Of a DNA stretch of 64,000 nt, positions 31,244-40,148 are shown one piece after another. Below the pieces are notes generated by a model. That model saw nothing but the letters and a program-made list of their open reading frames with translations. It searched no databases and was not told the DNA's origin. The position numbers and the translations under genes were made by a program. The DNA is taken from positions 67,363 through 131,362 of the forward strand of contig CAZFTP010000004.1 in the NCBI GenBank assembly GCA_964521915.1. Reading direction: 5' to 3'. This DNA is from an uncultured Candidatus Marinamargulisbacteria bacterium. Lineage in GTDB: Bacteria; Margulisbacteria; Marinamargulisbacteria; CAZFTP01. The stretch's first letter is position 1; each line of letters opens with the position of its first letter.

Positions 31244-32370
31244 AAAAATTTCTAGATGAGCGTAAAAAAAATCACCTTTTAAGAACTCTAACCCCTATCA
31301 CAAAAAAAAATAATCCGAAAATTTATTTTAATAATCAAGAATTAATTGATTTCTCCTCTAACGATTATCTTGGTTTAAGCCAACATCCGGAAATGATAAA
31401 TGCTATGGTTAATACAACCAAAGAGTTCGGAACTTCTACCAGTAGTTCTAGGTTAATTTCCGGAACCTATTCACTTTTTAATGAACTTGAAACTGCACTT
31501 GCTAAATTTAAAAATAAGCCAGCGGGTTTGGTTTTTAATTCCGGGTATCAGGCTAATTTAAGCATTATTTCCGCAATAGCTGAGAATGATTATGTTATTT
31601 TTTCCGATAAGCTGAATCATCGTAGTATTATTGATGGAATTTTACTTTCAAAAGCAAAAGTTTTTCGTTACCGGCATAACGACATAGAGCATCTTGAAAG
31701 CTTACTTAAAACAAAAAGAAATCAAGCAAAAAATGCGTTAATTATAACAGAATCTGTATTTAGCATGGATGGAGATTTTACTCCCCTACCCGATTTGGTT
31801 AAGCTTAAGAATAAATATAACGCAGAAATTTTACTTGATGAAGCCCATGCTACCGGCATATTTGGAAAAAATGGTTCTGGTTTGGCAGAAGAACTAGGGC
31901 TAACCGACCAGATTGACTATTTAATGGGTACTTTTAGTAAAGCCTTAGGCAGTTTTGGCGCGTATTTAGCTTGTTCTGAAAATACCAAAAATTATTTAAT
32001 CCAAAAAGCCGCTGGCTTTATTTATTCTACTAGTCTACCGCCAGGTGTAATTGCCGCTAATTTAAAAAGCCTTGAATTAATTAAAATTGAACCCTGGCGT
32101 AGAGAAAAATTAAAAACAAATTTTAATTTTCTGCAAAAAAAATTAATAACCTCAAAATTAAAAAATAACAGTAATTCGCAAATAATTCCTATTATTTATG
32201 AATCTCCTGAAAAAACACTGGCAATGCAAAAAAAACTTATGCAAGCCGGAATATTTGTACCAGCCGTGAGACCGCCTACAGTACCTAATAATGCCTCGCG
32301 ATTAAGGGTTTCCGTAAGTGCAAAACATGATGAAGTAGAGCTGAAAAAATTGGTAAAAAAATTACTATAA
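31231..32370 (+). CDS. bioF: 8-amino-7-oxononanoate synthase
   Basis: Class II aminotransferase/KBL fold with PLP lysine region FSKALGSFGAY. Overlaps bioB. Confidence 0.75.
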   Translation: MDEIKKFLDERKKNHLLRTLTPITKKNNPKIYFNNQELIDFSSNDYLGLSQHPEMINAMVNTTKEFGTSTSSSRLISGTYSLFNELETALAKFKNKPAGLVFNSGYQANLSIISAIAENDYVIFSDKLNHRSIIDGILLSKAKVFRYRHNDIEHLESLLKTKRNQAKNALIITESVFSMDGDFTPLPDLVKLKNKYNAEILLDEAHATGIFGKNGSGLAEELGLTDQIDYLMGTFSKALGSFGAYLACSENTKNYLIQKAAGFIYSTSLPPGVIAANLKSLELIKIEPWRREKLKTNFNFLQKKLITSKLKNNSNSQIIPIIYESPEKTLAMQKKLMQAGIFVPAVRPPTVPNNASRLRVSVSAKHDEVELKKLVKKLL

Positions 32371-32414
32371 ATTAATTTCCCAAATATTTTTTATAAGCTA
32401 TAATTAAAAATGAA

Positions 32415-32743
32415 ATGATTAAACAAAATAAATTAAAAATACTATTGAAAAAAAAATTGAAGAAAATTTTCCTAAAAAAGAAGTTTTCTCTTTATATCTT
32501 TTTGGAAGTTATGCTTGGGGCAAACCTAATTCAAACAGTGATATTGATTTATTATTAATATCTGATGATAATAATAATCCTCACTTTTTAGTAAAAAAAC
32601 TCTATCAAACTTTTGCAGATATTGAACAAGATATTGATATTTTAGGATATCAAAAAAATGTATTAGAAAAAAAAATAAATTCAAATAAATTCTTAAAAAA
32701 TATTTTAACCAATGGTAAAATAATCTATGAATCAAGAATATAA
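32415..32743 (+). pseudogene. MNT-type nucleotidyltransferase interrupted by a frameshift at an A9 tract (32448-32456), partner of the downstream HEPN gene
   Basis: ATG 32415 in frame 0 gives MIKQNKLKILLKKK. The NTase core FSLYLFGSYAWGKPNSNSDIDLLLISDD...ESRI (32432-32743) is in the -1 frame with no start of its own. Adding one A to the A9 run fuses them into an approx. 108-aa MNT similar to 44097-44405. Confidence 0.55.
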
Positions 32744-33107
32744 ACTTTGGGTTGAACTAGCAAAAAGTGATCTTGAAACCGCAAAATCTGTTATAAATAA
32801 CAATAAAATTTTACCATCTGTATCAATTTATCATTCGCATCAATGCGTTGAAAAAATCATAAAAGCTATTTTAGTCAAATATAATGAACAAATCCCCAAA
32901 ATTCATAATTTAAACTTTTTACTTAAAAAAGCTACAAATTATTATCCAAATTTAGCAAAATTTGATGATTATTGTGCCGAATTAAATACTTTTCTGCCAA
33001 AATTACGTTATCCCATTGATGAACAAATAACTCAAATTGAAGCTAAAGCTTGTTTAAAAATAGCAAAAGAAATTTATAAAACTATTCTATCTATTCTTGA
33101 AAATTAA
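32727..33107 (+). CDS. HEPN domain protein (MNT-HEPN module partner)
   Basis: 126 aa. Paralogous to 44399-44797 (YWYEIAKRDIQAA vs LWVELAKSDLETA, YHYHQAIEK vs YHSHQCVEK, ELRYPES vs KLRYPID). Confidence 0.6.
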   Translation: MNQEYKLWVELAKSDLETAKSVINNNKILPSVSIYHSHQCVEKIIKAILVKYNEQIPKIHNLNFLLKKATNYYPNLAKFDDYCAELNTFLPKLRYPIDEQITQIEAKACLKIAKEIYKTILSILEN

Positions 33108-33121
33108 TATTATATTTTAAT

Positions 33122-33850
33122 ATGCGCCTTAAAATTACTTTAAATTTTGAACATTTATTAACCTTACCCATAAGCTACAACCATATTCTGCAAGCCTTTT
33201 TATTAAAAAATATTTCACCAAAACTTGCTGATTTTTTACATAATCAAGGGTATGTTTATGAAAATAGAGTTTTTAAACAATTTGTTTTTTCTAATCTTTT
33301 TGGCACTTATCAAATTGCAAAACCAAATATTATTTTTCAAAACGAAATTTATTTTTGGGTAGCCTCCCCTATTACTGATTTTCTCTCTCAATTTGCTGAA
33401 TCACTTTTTAAAAAAGAATTAGAACTTTGCGGGCAAAAAATAGTTGTCTCCAGCGTTGAAATCAAAAAACTGGAGATCAAAGAACCTCAAATTAAAATCA
33501 AAATGCTTTCACCCATGACGGTTTATAGTACCTTAACTAACGGCGATAAGAAAAAAACTTATTATTACAGCCCTTTTGAAACAGATTTTACAGAATTAAT
33601 TGCTAGTAACCTCAAAAAAAAATATCTAGCTTTTTACCCTGATGCAGATACAAGCAATTTTAAAATTAAAATCACCCCAATAAATGTACAAAAATATCAC
33701 GAAAAAATCGTAAAATACAAAGATTTTATTATTAAAGGCTGGTTAGGGAATTATGAATTAACCGGTTCGCTTGAAGCCTTAAACTTTGCCGCAACAGCAG
33801 GTTTAGGCAGCAAAAACAGCCAGGGATTTGGGTGTTTTGAAAACTTATGA
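33122..33850 (+). CDS. cas6: CRISPR-associated endoribonuclease Cas6
   Basis: 242 aa. C-terminal glycine-rich loop GLGSKNSQGFG (GhGxxxxxGhG). First gene of the type I-B cas set. Confidence 0.75.
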   Translation: MRLKITLNFEHLLTLPISYNHILQAFLLKNISPKLADFLHNQGYVYENRVFKQFVFSNLFGTYQIAKPNIIFQNEIYFWVASPITDFLSQFAESLFKKELELCGQKIVVSSVEIKKLEIKEPQIKIKMLSPMTVYSTLTNGDKKKTYYYSPFETDFTELIASNLKKKYLAFYPDADTSNFKIKITPINVQKYHEKIVKYKDFIIKGWLGNYELTGSLEALNFAATAGLGSKNSQGFGCFENL

Positions 33851-34296
33851 GATTATGGTCAATTCATCCCCAATATTTAGATGCCAAAGGGCTTGTGGCG
33901 GCATGGCGGGAAGCTTTATTAGCTAGAAAGGTATTAGCTCACCAAACCAAAGGGTACAAACAACATCCGCAATTAATCCGTTTTAAAAATAGCCATAATC
34001 CATTAGCAACAATTAATTATTTTCTACATACATTAGCACTTGAAGCTAATAATCGTGGTTATCGATTTGATAAGACTAAGTTAGAACCAGTTAATCACCC
34101 TACTCCAGAATTAATATCTGTAACCCGTGGACAAGTGGAATATGAATTTCAGTTACTTAAAAACAAATTAGCTAAACGTAACCCCAAAAAATTGGCTGAA
34201 ATTTCACTAACGCAAAACATCGACTTAAATTCGCTGTTTTATTTGGTAGACGGGAGGATTGAGGGATGGGAGAAAATAGATAAAACCTTAAAATAG
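33847..34296 (+). CDS. pyrimidine dimer DNA glycosylase/endonuclease V-like (Pyr_excise family) protein embedded in the cas operon
   Basis: 149 aa. The N-terminus MRLWSIHPQYLDAKGLVAAWREALLARKVL matches what I remember of bacterial Pyr_excise-family proteins. ATGA overlap with the cas6 stop. Confidence 0.4.
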   Translation: MRLWSIHPQYLDAKGLVAAWREALLARKVLAHQTKGYKQHPQLIRFKNSHNPLATINYFLHTLALEANNRGYRFDKTKLEPVNHPTPELISVTRGQVEYEFQLLKNKLAKRNPKKLAEISLTQNIDLNSLFYLVDGRIEGWEKIDKTLK

Positions 34297-34347
34297 TTTT
34301 CATTTCAAATGAAAACTATTTGTAATAAATTTTCATTTGAAATGAAA
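34295..34347. promoter_or_regulatory. Two tandem AT-rich palindromes (AGTTTTCATTTCAAATGAAAACT and TTTCATTTGAAATGAAA), centres 33 bp apart, upstream of the AAA ATPase gene
   Basis: Seen directly. Operator-like tandem inverted repeats sharing the half-site TTTCATTT. Confidence 0.4.
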
Positions 34348-34396
34348 TATTTTATACCATATAATTGAATTAAGGAATTATAGTAAGGTTTTACTT

Positions 34397-35668
34397 ATGG
34401 ATAAAAACTTTTTAAAAGAAATTATTATCAATCAAAGACAAAATTTTCAAGCTTCTATACCAGGAATTATCCGTGAAAAATTAATTAAAATAGAAACATT
34501 CTTAAATTTGCCGCACACAATTATTATTTCTGGGTTAAGAAGATCTGGGAAATCAACTTTATTAAGGCAAATAACGCATCATTACTTTAAAGATCAGGAT
34601 TACTATTACTTAAGTTTTGAAGATGAACGACTGCTTAATTTTTCAGTAGAAAATTTTAATGATCTATATGAGATTTTTATTGAATTATATGGAGACAAAA
34701 AAGTTTTTTGTTTTGATGAAATTCAAAATATTGATAGATGGGAAAATTTTGTTAGACGCATGCAAGATACTGGCACAAAATTTATTATTACCGGCTCTAA
34801 TTCTTCACTTTTAAGTAAAGAACTTGGCTCTAAGCTTACAGGAAGGCATATTGTTACAACGCTTTTTCCTTTTTCGTTCCAAGAATATCTAACTTTTAAA
34901 GATATTTTTGTGACAGATAAGAGTTTTTATATTACCGGTGAAAAAGTGCAATTAAAAAAGGAATTTCTGATTTACTTACAAAATGGCGGAATTCCGGAAT
35001 TTATAAAATATCAAGATCAAATTATCCTTAAAAAAATTTATGAGGATATTCTTTTTAGAGACATTTTAACTCGTTATGAGATTAAAGATTTAAAAACATT
35101 TCGGGAGCTAGCCTTTTATCTGTTAACCAATACAACTCAATTATTTTCTTATAATAAACTTAAAAATTTGTTTCAAGTAGGCAGTGTTAATACCATTAAA
35201 AATTATGTTGAATACCTGGAAAATAGTTATTTATTTTTTACTCTTAACAAGTTCAGTTTTTCGCTTAAAGAACAAGCGATCGCAAATAAAAAAATATATT
35301 GCATTGATAATGGATTTATTGAAACACTTGGTTTTAATTTTTCTAAAAATACTGGAAAATATCTGGAAAATTTAGTTTTTCTAAATTTAAAGAAAGCTGA
35401 GAAAGAAATTTATTATTACAAAACAGCAAATAATTTGGAAGTAGATTTTTTAATTAAAGAGAAAGATGAATATCATTTAATTCAAGTTAGCGAAACAATC
35501 ATAAATCCGGATACTAGAAACCGTGAACTACGTGCGCTATTTACCGCTATGCAAGAAGTAAAAATCAAAAAAGCACTCCTTCTAACTCTGGATGAAGAAG
35601 AAACCATACTTGAAAAAGATTTGGAAATTTTGGTAATGCCGGTTTATCGATGGGTGCTGGAAAAATAA
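34397..35668 (+). CDS. AAA+ ATPase of the AAA_14/DUF4143 family
   Basis: 423 aa. Walker A GLRRSGKST, Walker B FCFDEIQ, C-terminal DUF4143-like region. Confidence 0.6.
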   Translation: MDKNFLKEIIINQRQNFQASIPGIIREKLIKIETFLNLPHTIIISGLRRSGKSTLLRQITHHYFKDQDYYYLSFEDERLLNFSVENFNDLYEIFIELYGDKKVFCFDEIQNIDRWENFVRRMQDTGTKFIITGSNSSLLSKELGSKLTGRHIVTTLFPFSFQEYLTFKDIFVTDKSFYITGEKVQLKKEFLIYLQNGGIPEFIKYQDQIILKKIYEDILFRDILTRYEIKDLKTFRELAFYLLTNTTQLFSYNKLKNLFQVGSVNTIKNYVEYLENSYLFFTLNKFSFSLKEQAIANKKIYCIDNGFIETLGFNFSKNTGKYLENLVFLNLKKAEKEIYYYKTANNLEVDFLIKEKDEYHLIQVSETIINPDTRNRELRALFTAMQEVKIKKALLLTLDEEETILEKDLEILVMPVYRWVLEK

Positions 35669-35827
35669 GTTTCTGTGAGCAAATTAATGCCATTTGCAAA
35701 AAATATTTTAATAAATTAATATTATATTGTCTTTGGAGTAAATGAGACTTCCGGATTTGTACTTACCTTTAAAGCTCCTGAGGAAATTTCTAAAAAATTA
35801 TTAATTAAGCTAAAAAAGAGGTTATAA

Positions 35828-36154
35828 TTGTTCAAGATTTTAATCAGATTGGTTGCTATTTATCTAACCTGCTGGTGGATCTATAATCTTATTTTAATTA
35901 GGATCCATGAAGATGGAATTAGACTTAATTTAATACCTGCTAGTTTAGCCGCAATTGTTTTAGGATGCTTAATTAATCTTGGATTATGGTTTTCCACAAT
36001 AAAGTTTGGAAAGCAACATAAATATTTTACTATGAGCCTAATAATACCCTCATTATTTGTTTCACTTTTTTTTGCCCCAGGTTATAGAATTTTTTCATTT
36101 TTTTGTATAATTATAATATATGTATTAGCTATAATTTTAATTTTTAAAAAGTAA
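35828..36154 (+). CDS. small membrane protein (TTG start)
   Basis: 108 aa, 3 TM helices. RBS AAGAGG. Confidence 0.35.
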   Translation: MFKILIRLVAIYLTCWWIYNLILIRIHEDGIRLNLIPASLAAIVLGCLINLGLWFSTIKFGKQHKYFTMSLIIPSLFVSLFFAPGYRIFSFFCIIIIYVLAIILIFKK

Positions 36155-36394
36155 GGAGTATAAATATGAAAGAACCATTTTCTCTAAAATATAATGCTGA
36201 GGAAGAAGCTCATCAATATTTTGATAAAAATATTCGGAAATTACCTAAAAAGGCAGATGGAACATGGTCCTAAACAAGATAAAGAAATTGAGAATAATTT
36301 AGGGGGATTATGAAGTAACACAATTTTGAGGGAAGATCTTGATTTTGAAGAAGGGGCTGGATTGATTTTTAATATACCAAACTACAAATTTTTT

Positions 36395-36420
36395 GGTTTT
36401 TGGTACTTGAGGGGGTATAA
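36395..36420 (+). promoter_or_regulatory. candidate sigma70 promoter for cas8b-cas2 (TTGAGGGGGTATAAT)
   Basis: -10 TATAAT at 36412-36417, about 70 nt upstream of the cas8b ATG, with TTGAGG immediately 5' of it. Confidence 0.3.
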
Positions 36421-36485
36421 TTAAAAAGATAGTATTTGATTTTTTAATTACTATTTTTATAAATTTCGCTAACAAGGTTTTTATA

Positions 36486-38468
36486 ATGATCGAAGCAATG
36501 AGAAATTTAGCATTAGTTTTTCTTTGGGAAGAATTAAATCCCAATCAAGAACCACCGAATAATCTAGAAACCTGGTTTAAACAGGAGCGATTAAAAAATC
36601 CAAGTCAATTTTTTCCCTTTTTGATTGAACCGGCTGAAAAGGTAGAACGATTTTATGTCTTAAAAGCATCAGAAAAAGATAAAGATTTAGCAATTTTGGA
36701 ACCAGCGCGAGAAACAAAAAGTTTAGGTGATAAAGCCGCAATAAAATTACCGTTCAATATGCCAAGTGGCTCACAATCACCTGCATTAGGTCCGGTTATT
36801 AAACGAACTTTTTCTAAGGATAAAGGCTCTGGCCCTAGTGAAAAAATAATTAAGACAACTTTAGATTATTTTCGAGAATTATCAAATGAAGATACCTCTT
36901 GGGCAACTTATTTTGCTGAAATAGTAGAAACATTTCATAGAAAAAAACTTCAATTAAATGATAAAATAAAAGAAGGTGAAACTGCATTCTATCTAGCGAT
37001 TCATGAAATAGATGAAAAAAAAACTGTCTATTTAACCTTTCAGGATAGCCAAGGACGTTTGCCAGGTGACATTGCAGAATATATAATTTATTTACAAAAT
37101 ATTTTAGCTTCAACAAAATATTCAACCCTCAAAACCCCTCCTAAAGTTTTATCAAAATGCCCTATTTGCCAAGCTAGTAATACTGTCTGTTATTCTTCGG
37201 CATTAAGTGGAGCCGGAATTAATATTGCCAATATTGACCGAGACGGAGCTTTTCCAGGTATAAGTCAAGAGAATGCGCATTTAGGTTTTGCTATATGTTT
37301 AGATTGCGCGGATCTGTTATATATTTTCAAATTTCATGTCATGGAAAATTTTAAAACCTATATTGGCGGTTATCAGGCATTATTGCTTCCAAAACTAAAT
37401 CTTAATGGGATGGACTTATTAGATATTAATCAAATTTTCAAAGATTATTCTCAAGATATAAATAATAATAAAGGGCTCTTTAAAGAGAATTTAATGTTAC
37501 GAATACTGGTGGAACAAAAAGCAATTACTACAATAGATATTATTTGGGCTTCCTTCGGCCAAAAATTCGAAGAATTAAGAGGTGTTGTGTCAGATGTTAT
37601 GCCTTCGCGGCTGAAACAAATAAACGACATCAATACAGACTTTTTGAAAATTTTAGATTTTAAGATAAACCCAAAACATTGGTTTGAAGATCAAATTAGC
37701 TTTGATTTACAACTTTCGTTTTTAGCTAATTTTTTAAAACGCCCGGGCGGAGATAAGGCCAAAAAAATTAATAAAAGCCCAAAATTATTTGAATTAAAAA
37801 GACAATTGGTAGAAAGTATTTACAAAAAACAACAAATTAATTTAAAGCGTTTTTGGGATGAGGTTTTTGTTACAATGGAATGGTATTTTGTTAATACTTT
37901 ATTAAGTGATAACCCTGCTTATGAGTGCACGCAAGAAGGCTATTCGGAGAAAAAAAATAAAATTTGGCTAACAATGGCGGGTTGGATACGTCATTTAGCT
38001 GTATTTTTAATTTATTTAAATAAAATGGAGGTGCTTAAAAAAATGCCAAATCAAAGAACATATAATCCTAATGATGAACGATTAAAACCATACTTTGCAG
38101 AAAATAGCGGAATTAATACCAATGAAAAGGCTTATGCTTTTATTTTAGGAATCTTGTACGGTAGGGTTTTAACTATCCAAGGTGCTAAGGGGGTTAATGT
38201 AAGTGCAAATGCATTAACTTGGCTTAAACGCTTAACAATTTCAGGAAAGGATTTGCCGGAACTGCATATCAAAATTAGAGAAAAACTTTTAGCTTATGAT
38301 GCAGAGGGAAGCGAACTGGTAAGAATAATTATTAATGAACTAGGTAATCTTGGTATATTGTTAGGTGATGAAATTAAATTAGAGCAAATACCTTGTTGCT
38401 ATTTTATTTTATTAGGACAATCTGTTTCTACAGATTATTTTGATACTAAAAAAACAAAGGAGGCGTAA
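36486..38468 (+). CDS. cas8b: type I-B large subunit Cas8b
   Basis: 660 aa. Position between cas6 and cas7. C4 zinc-finger-like CPICQ...C...CLDC motif. Confidence 0.55.
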   Translation: MIEAMRNLALVFLWEELNPNQEPPNNLETWFKQERLKNPSQFFPFLIEPAEKVERFYVLKASEKDKDLAILEPARETKSLGDKAAIKLPFNMPSGSQSPALGPVIKRTFSKDKGSGPSEKIIKTTLDYFRELSNEDTSWATYFAEIVETFHRKKLQLNDKIKEGETAFYLAIHEIDEKKTVYLTFQDSQGRLPGDIAEYIIYLQNILASTKYSTLKTPPKVLSKCPICQASNTVCYSSALSGAGINIANIDRDGAFPGISQENAHLGFAICLDCADLLYIFKFHVMENFKTYIGGYQALLLPKLNLNGMDLLDINQIFKDYSQDINNNKGLFKENLMLRILVEQKAITTIDIIWASFGQKFEELRGVVSDVMPSRLKQINDINTDFLKILDFKINPKHWFEDQISFDLQLSFLANFLKRPGGDKAKKINKSPKLFELKRQLVESIYKKQQINLKRFWDEVFVTMEWYFVNTLLSDNPAYECTQEGYSEKKNKIWLTMAGWIRHLAVFLIYLNKMEVLKKMPNQRTYNPNDERLKPYFAENSGINTNEKAYAFILGILYGRVLTIQGAKGVNVSANALTWLKRLTISGKDLPELHIKIREKLLAYDAEGSELVRIIINELGNLGILLGDEIKLEQIPCCYFILLGQSVSTDYFDTKKTKEA

Positions 38469-38469
38469 A

Positions 38470-39429
38470 ATGACAGAAATAAAAAATCGTAAAGAATTCT
38501 TTTTTGCTTATGATATAAAAATGGGCAATCCTAATGGTGACCCAGATGAAAATCGCCCAAGGGTATTACCAGATGGCACTTATTATGTTACGGATGTTAG
38601 ATTAAAACGCTTTGTACGAGATTTTTTGAAGTCACAAGGCAGTGATATTCTGGTAGATACAATAGAAGAAAAGACAACAAATTTAACGGGAAGAGTTGTT
38701 GACTATCTTCAGAAAAGTGATAAAAAAAACGCCAATGGAGCTGAATTGGTAAACATTCTTTTAGATGCTTTTATTGATGCTAGATTGTTTGGTAGTTCAT
38801 TTGCATTTAAAGAGCAGGGTGGTATTAAATTAGAACCAACTCCAAAAACATTAACTGGCGCAACTCAAATCAATATGGGAGAAGTTCTCCATGAATCTGA
38901 AACAGTTGACATTTATGGCACGACAACTTTTGGTTCTGATGATACAAAATCACAAGGTACTTTCACAGAATATTATGGGTTACGTTATGCCTTAATAGGT
39001 TTTAACGGTATCACTAATGAACATTCAGCCAAAATATCTAAAATGAGTGAAGAAGATTATAAATTATTATTGGAGGCTTTATGGAAATCAGTTCGCTCAT
39101 CTGCAAACACACGCACAAAAGTTGGGCAAGTGCCTCGATTATTGATTTCTATTGAATACCAGCCAGATTCTGAATTTCAATTTGGTAATTTAATTGATTA
39201 TATCAAACCAGCCATCATTGCCAGTACAAATAAAGATTCAAAAAAATGGGAGAGTCCCCAAGATTATAAAATTGATTTGTTAAAGTTAAAAGAACGGTTT
39301 AATGAATTTAAAAATAAAATTTCATCAATCTCTTATTGTGTTTCTCCTGATATAAAATTTATTGATAATGGTGGTATTGATAAAGATTGGATAGATTTAA
39401 ATTTAGATGGTAAACAAACGGACAAATGA
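38470..39429 (+). CDS. cas7: Cas7 (type I-B)
   Basis: Starts at ATG 38470 after AAAGGAGG. The FAYDIKMGNPNGDPDENRPR motif is the Csh2/Csd2-family signature. Confidence 0.8.
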   Translation: MTEIKNRKEFFFAYDIKMGNPNGDPDENRPRVLPDGTYYVTDVRLKRFVRDFLKSQGSDILVDTIEEKTTNLTGRVVDYLQKSDKKNANGAELVNILLDAFIDARLFGSSFAFKEQGGIKLEPTPKTLTGATQINMGEVLHESETVDIYGTTTFGSDDTKSQGTFTEYYGLRYALIGFNGITNEHSAKISKMSEEDYKLLLEALWKSVRSSANTRTKVGQVPRLLISIEYQPDSEFQFGNLIDYIKPAIIASTNKDSKKWESPQDYKIDLLKLKERFNEFKNKISSISYCVSPDIKFIDNGGIDKDWIDLNLDGKQTDK

Positions 39430-40148
39430 ACGAATATATTATTTTTCGATATTATGGAAAATATGCTCATTTTTTAAAAGCGGAAGCTAATGCAAGTGCG
39501 CCAAGTTATTGTGTACCACCTAGGACAGTTCTGTTAGGTTTAATTGGGGCGATTTTAGGATTACCAAAAGATACTTCGCAAACCGAACTCGTAGAAGCAA
39601 AAATTGCGGTTTCTGGTTCTTATTTATGCACACATTGGCATAAAGGTAATTTCAGAAAAATTCCTCCAACACCCTTAGATTATACTATTAAAAAAAATCA
39701 AAAAGGTTCTTCTGCCGAATCTAAAAACACTCGTTTATGTCAAGAATGGCTTTTTAAACCTGATTTTATAGTTTGGGCGATGTTGCCAGAAAAATATCAC
39801 TCAGAATTTTGTGAAAGGGTTAAAGCGCATCGCTGGCATTTTTCTCCGTCACTAGGTTTATCAGAACTTTTTGCTCAAATTGATTTTTTGAAAGAAGGCT
39901 CTGCAATCCATTTGCCTAAAGGAAATTATTCCGTTTTAGGTGTTACCAAACGATCAGAAGTAAATATAGATTTAAAAAATGCTTTCGAAAATAACATTAC
40001 AATTCAATCTATTATGATGCCTCGCGATTTAACGCCTCAAAGAGAATTTAGTCACGAGTTTTATTTACGCGAAATAAACTCCCTGCCAATTCCAGTAGAA
40101 ACCGGACATGCTTGGCAAGTAGGCACAAAAAAAATCATGTGGTTATGA
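39426..40148 (+). CDS. cas5: Cas5 (type I-B)
   Basis: 240 aa. N-terminal FRYYGKYAHFLKAEANASAPSYCVPPRTVLLGLIGAILG is typical of Cas5. Confidence 0.7.
   Translation: MNEYIIFRYYGKYAHFLKAEANASAPSYCVPPRTVLLGLIGAILGLPKDTSQTELVEAKIAVSGSYLCTHWHKGNFRKIPPTPLDYTIKKNQKGSSAESKNTRLCQEWLFKPDFIVWAMLPEKYHSEFCERVKAHRWHFSPSLGLSELFAQIDFLKEGSAIHLPKGNYSVLGVTKRSEVNIDLKNAFENNITIQSIMMPRDLTPQREFSHEFYLREINSLPIPVETGHAWQVGTKKIMWL

Noticed and set aside
32526-32735. 69-aa minus-strand ORF
   Set aside because: Antisense to the MNT core, whose sense-strand translation has a clear NTase motif.
36308-36544. 78-aa minus-strand ORF overlapping the cas8b start
   Set aside because: Antisense to the cas8b promoter and start region. 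No conserved features.
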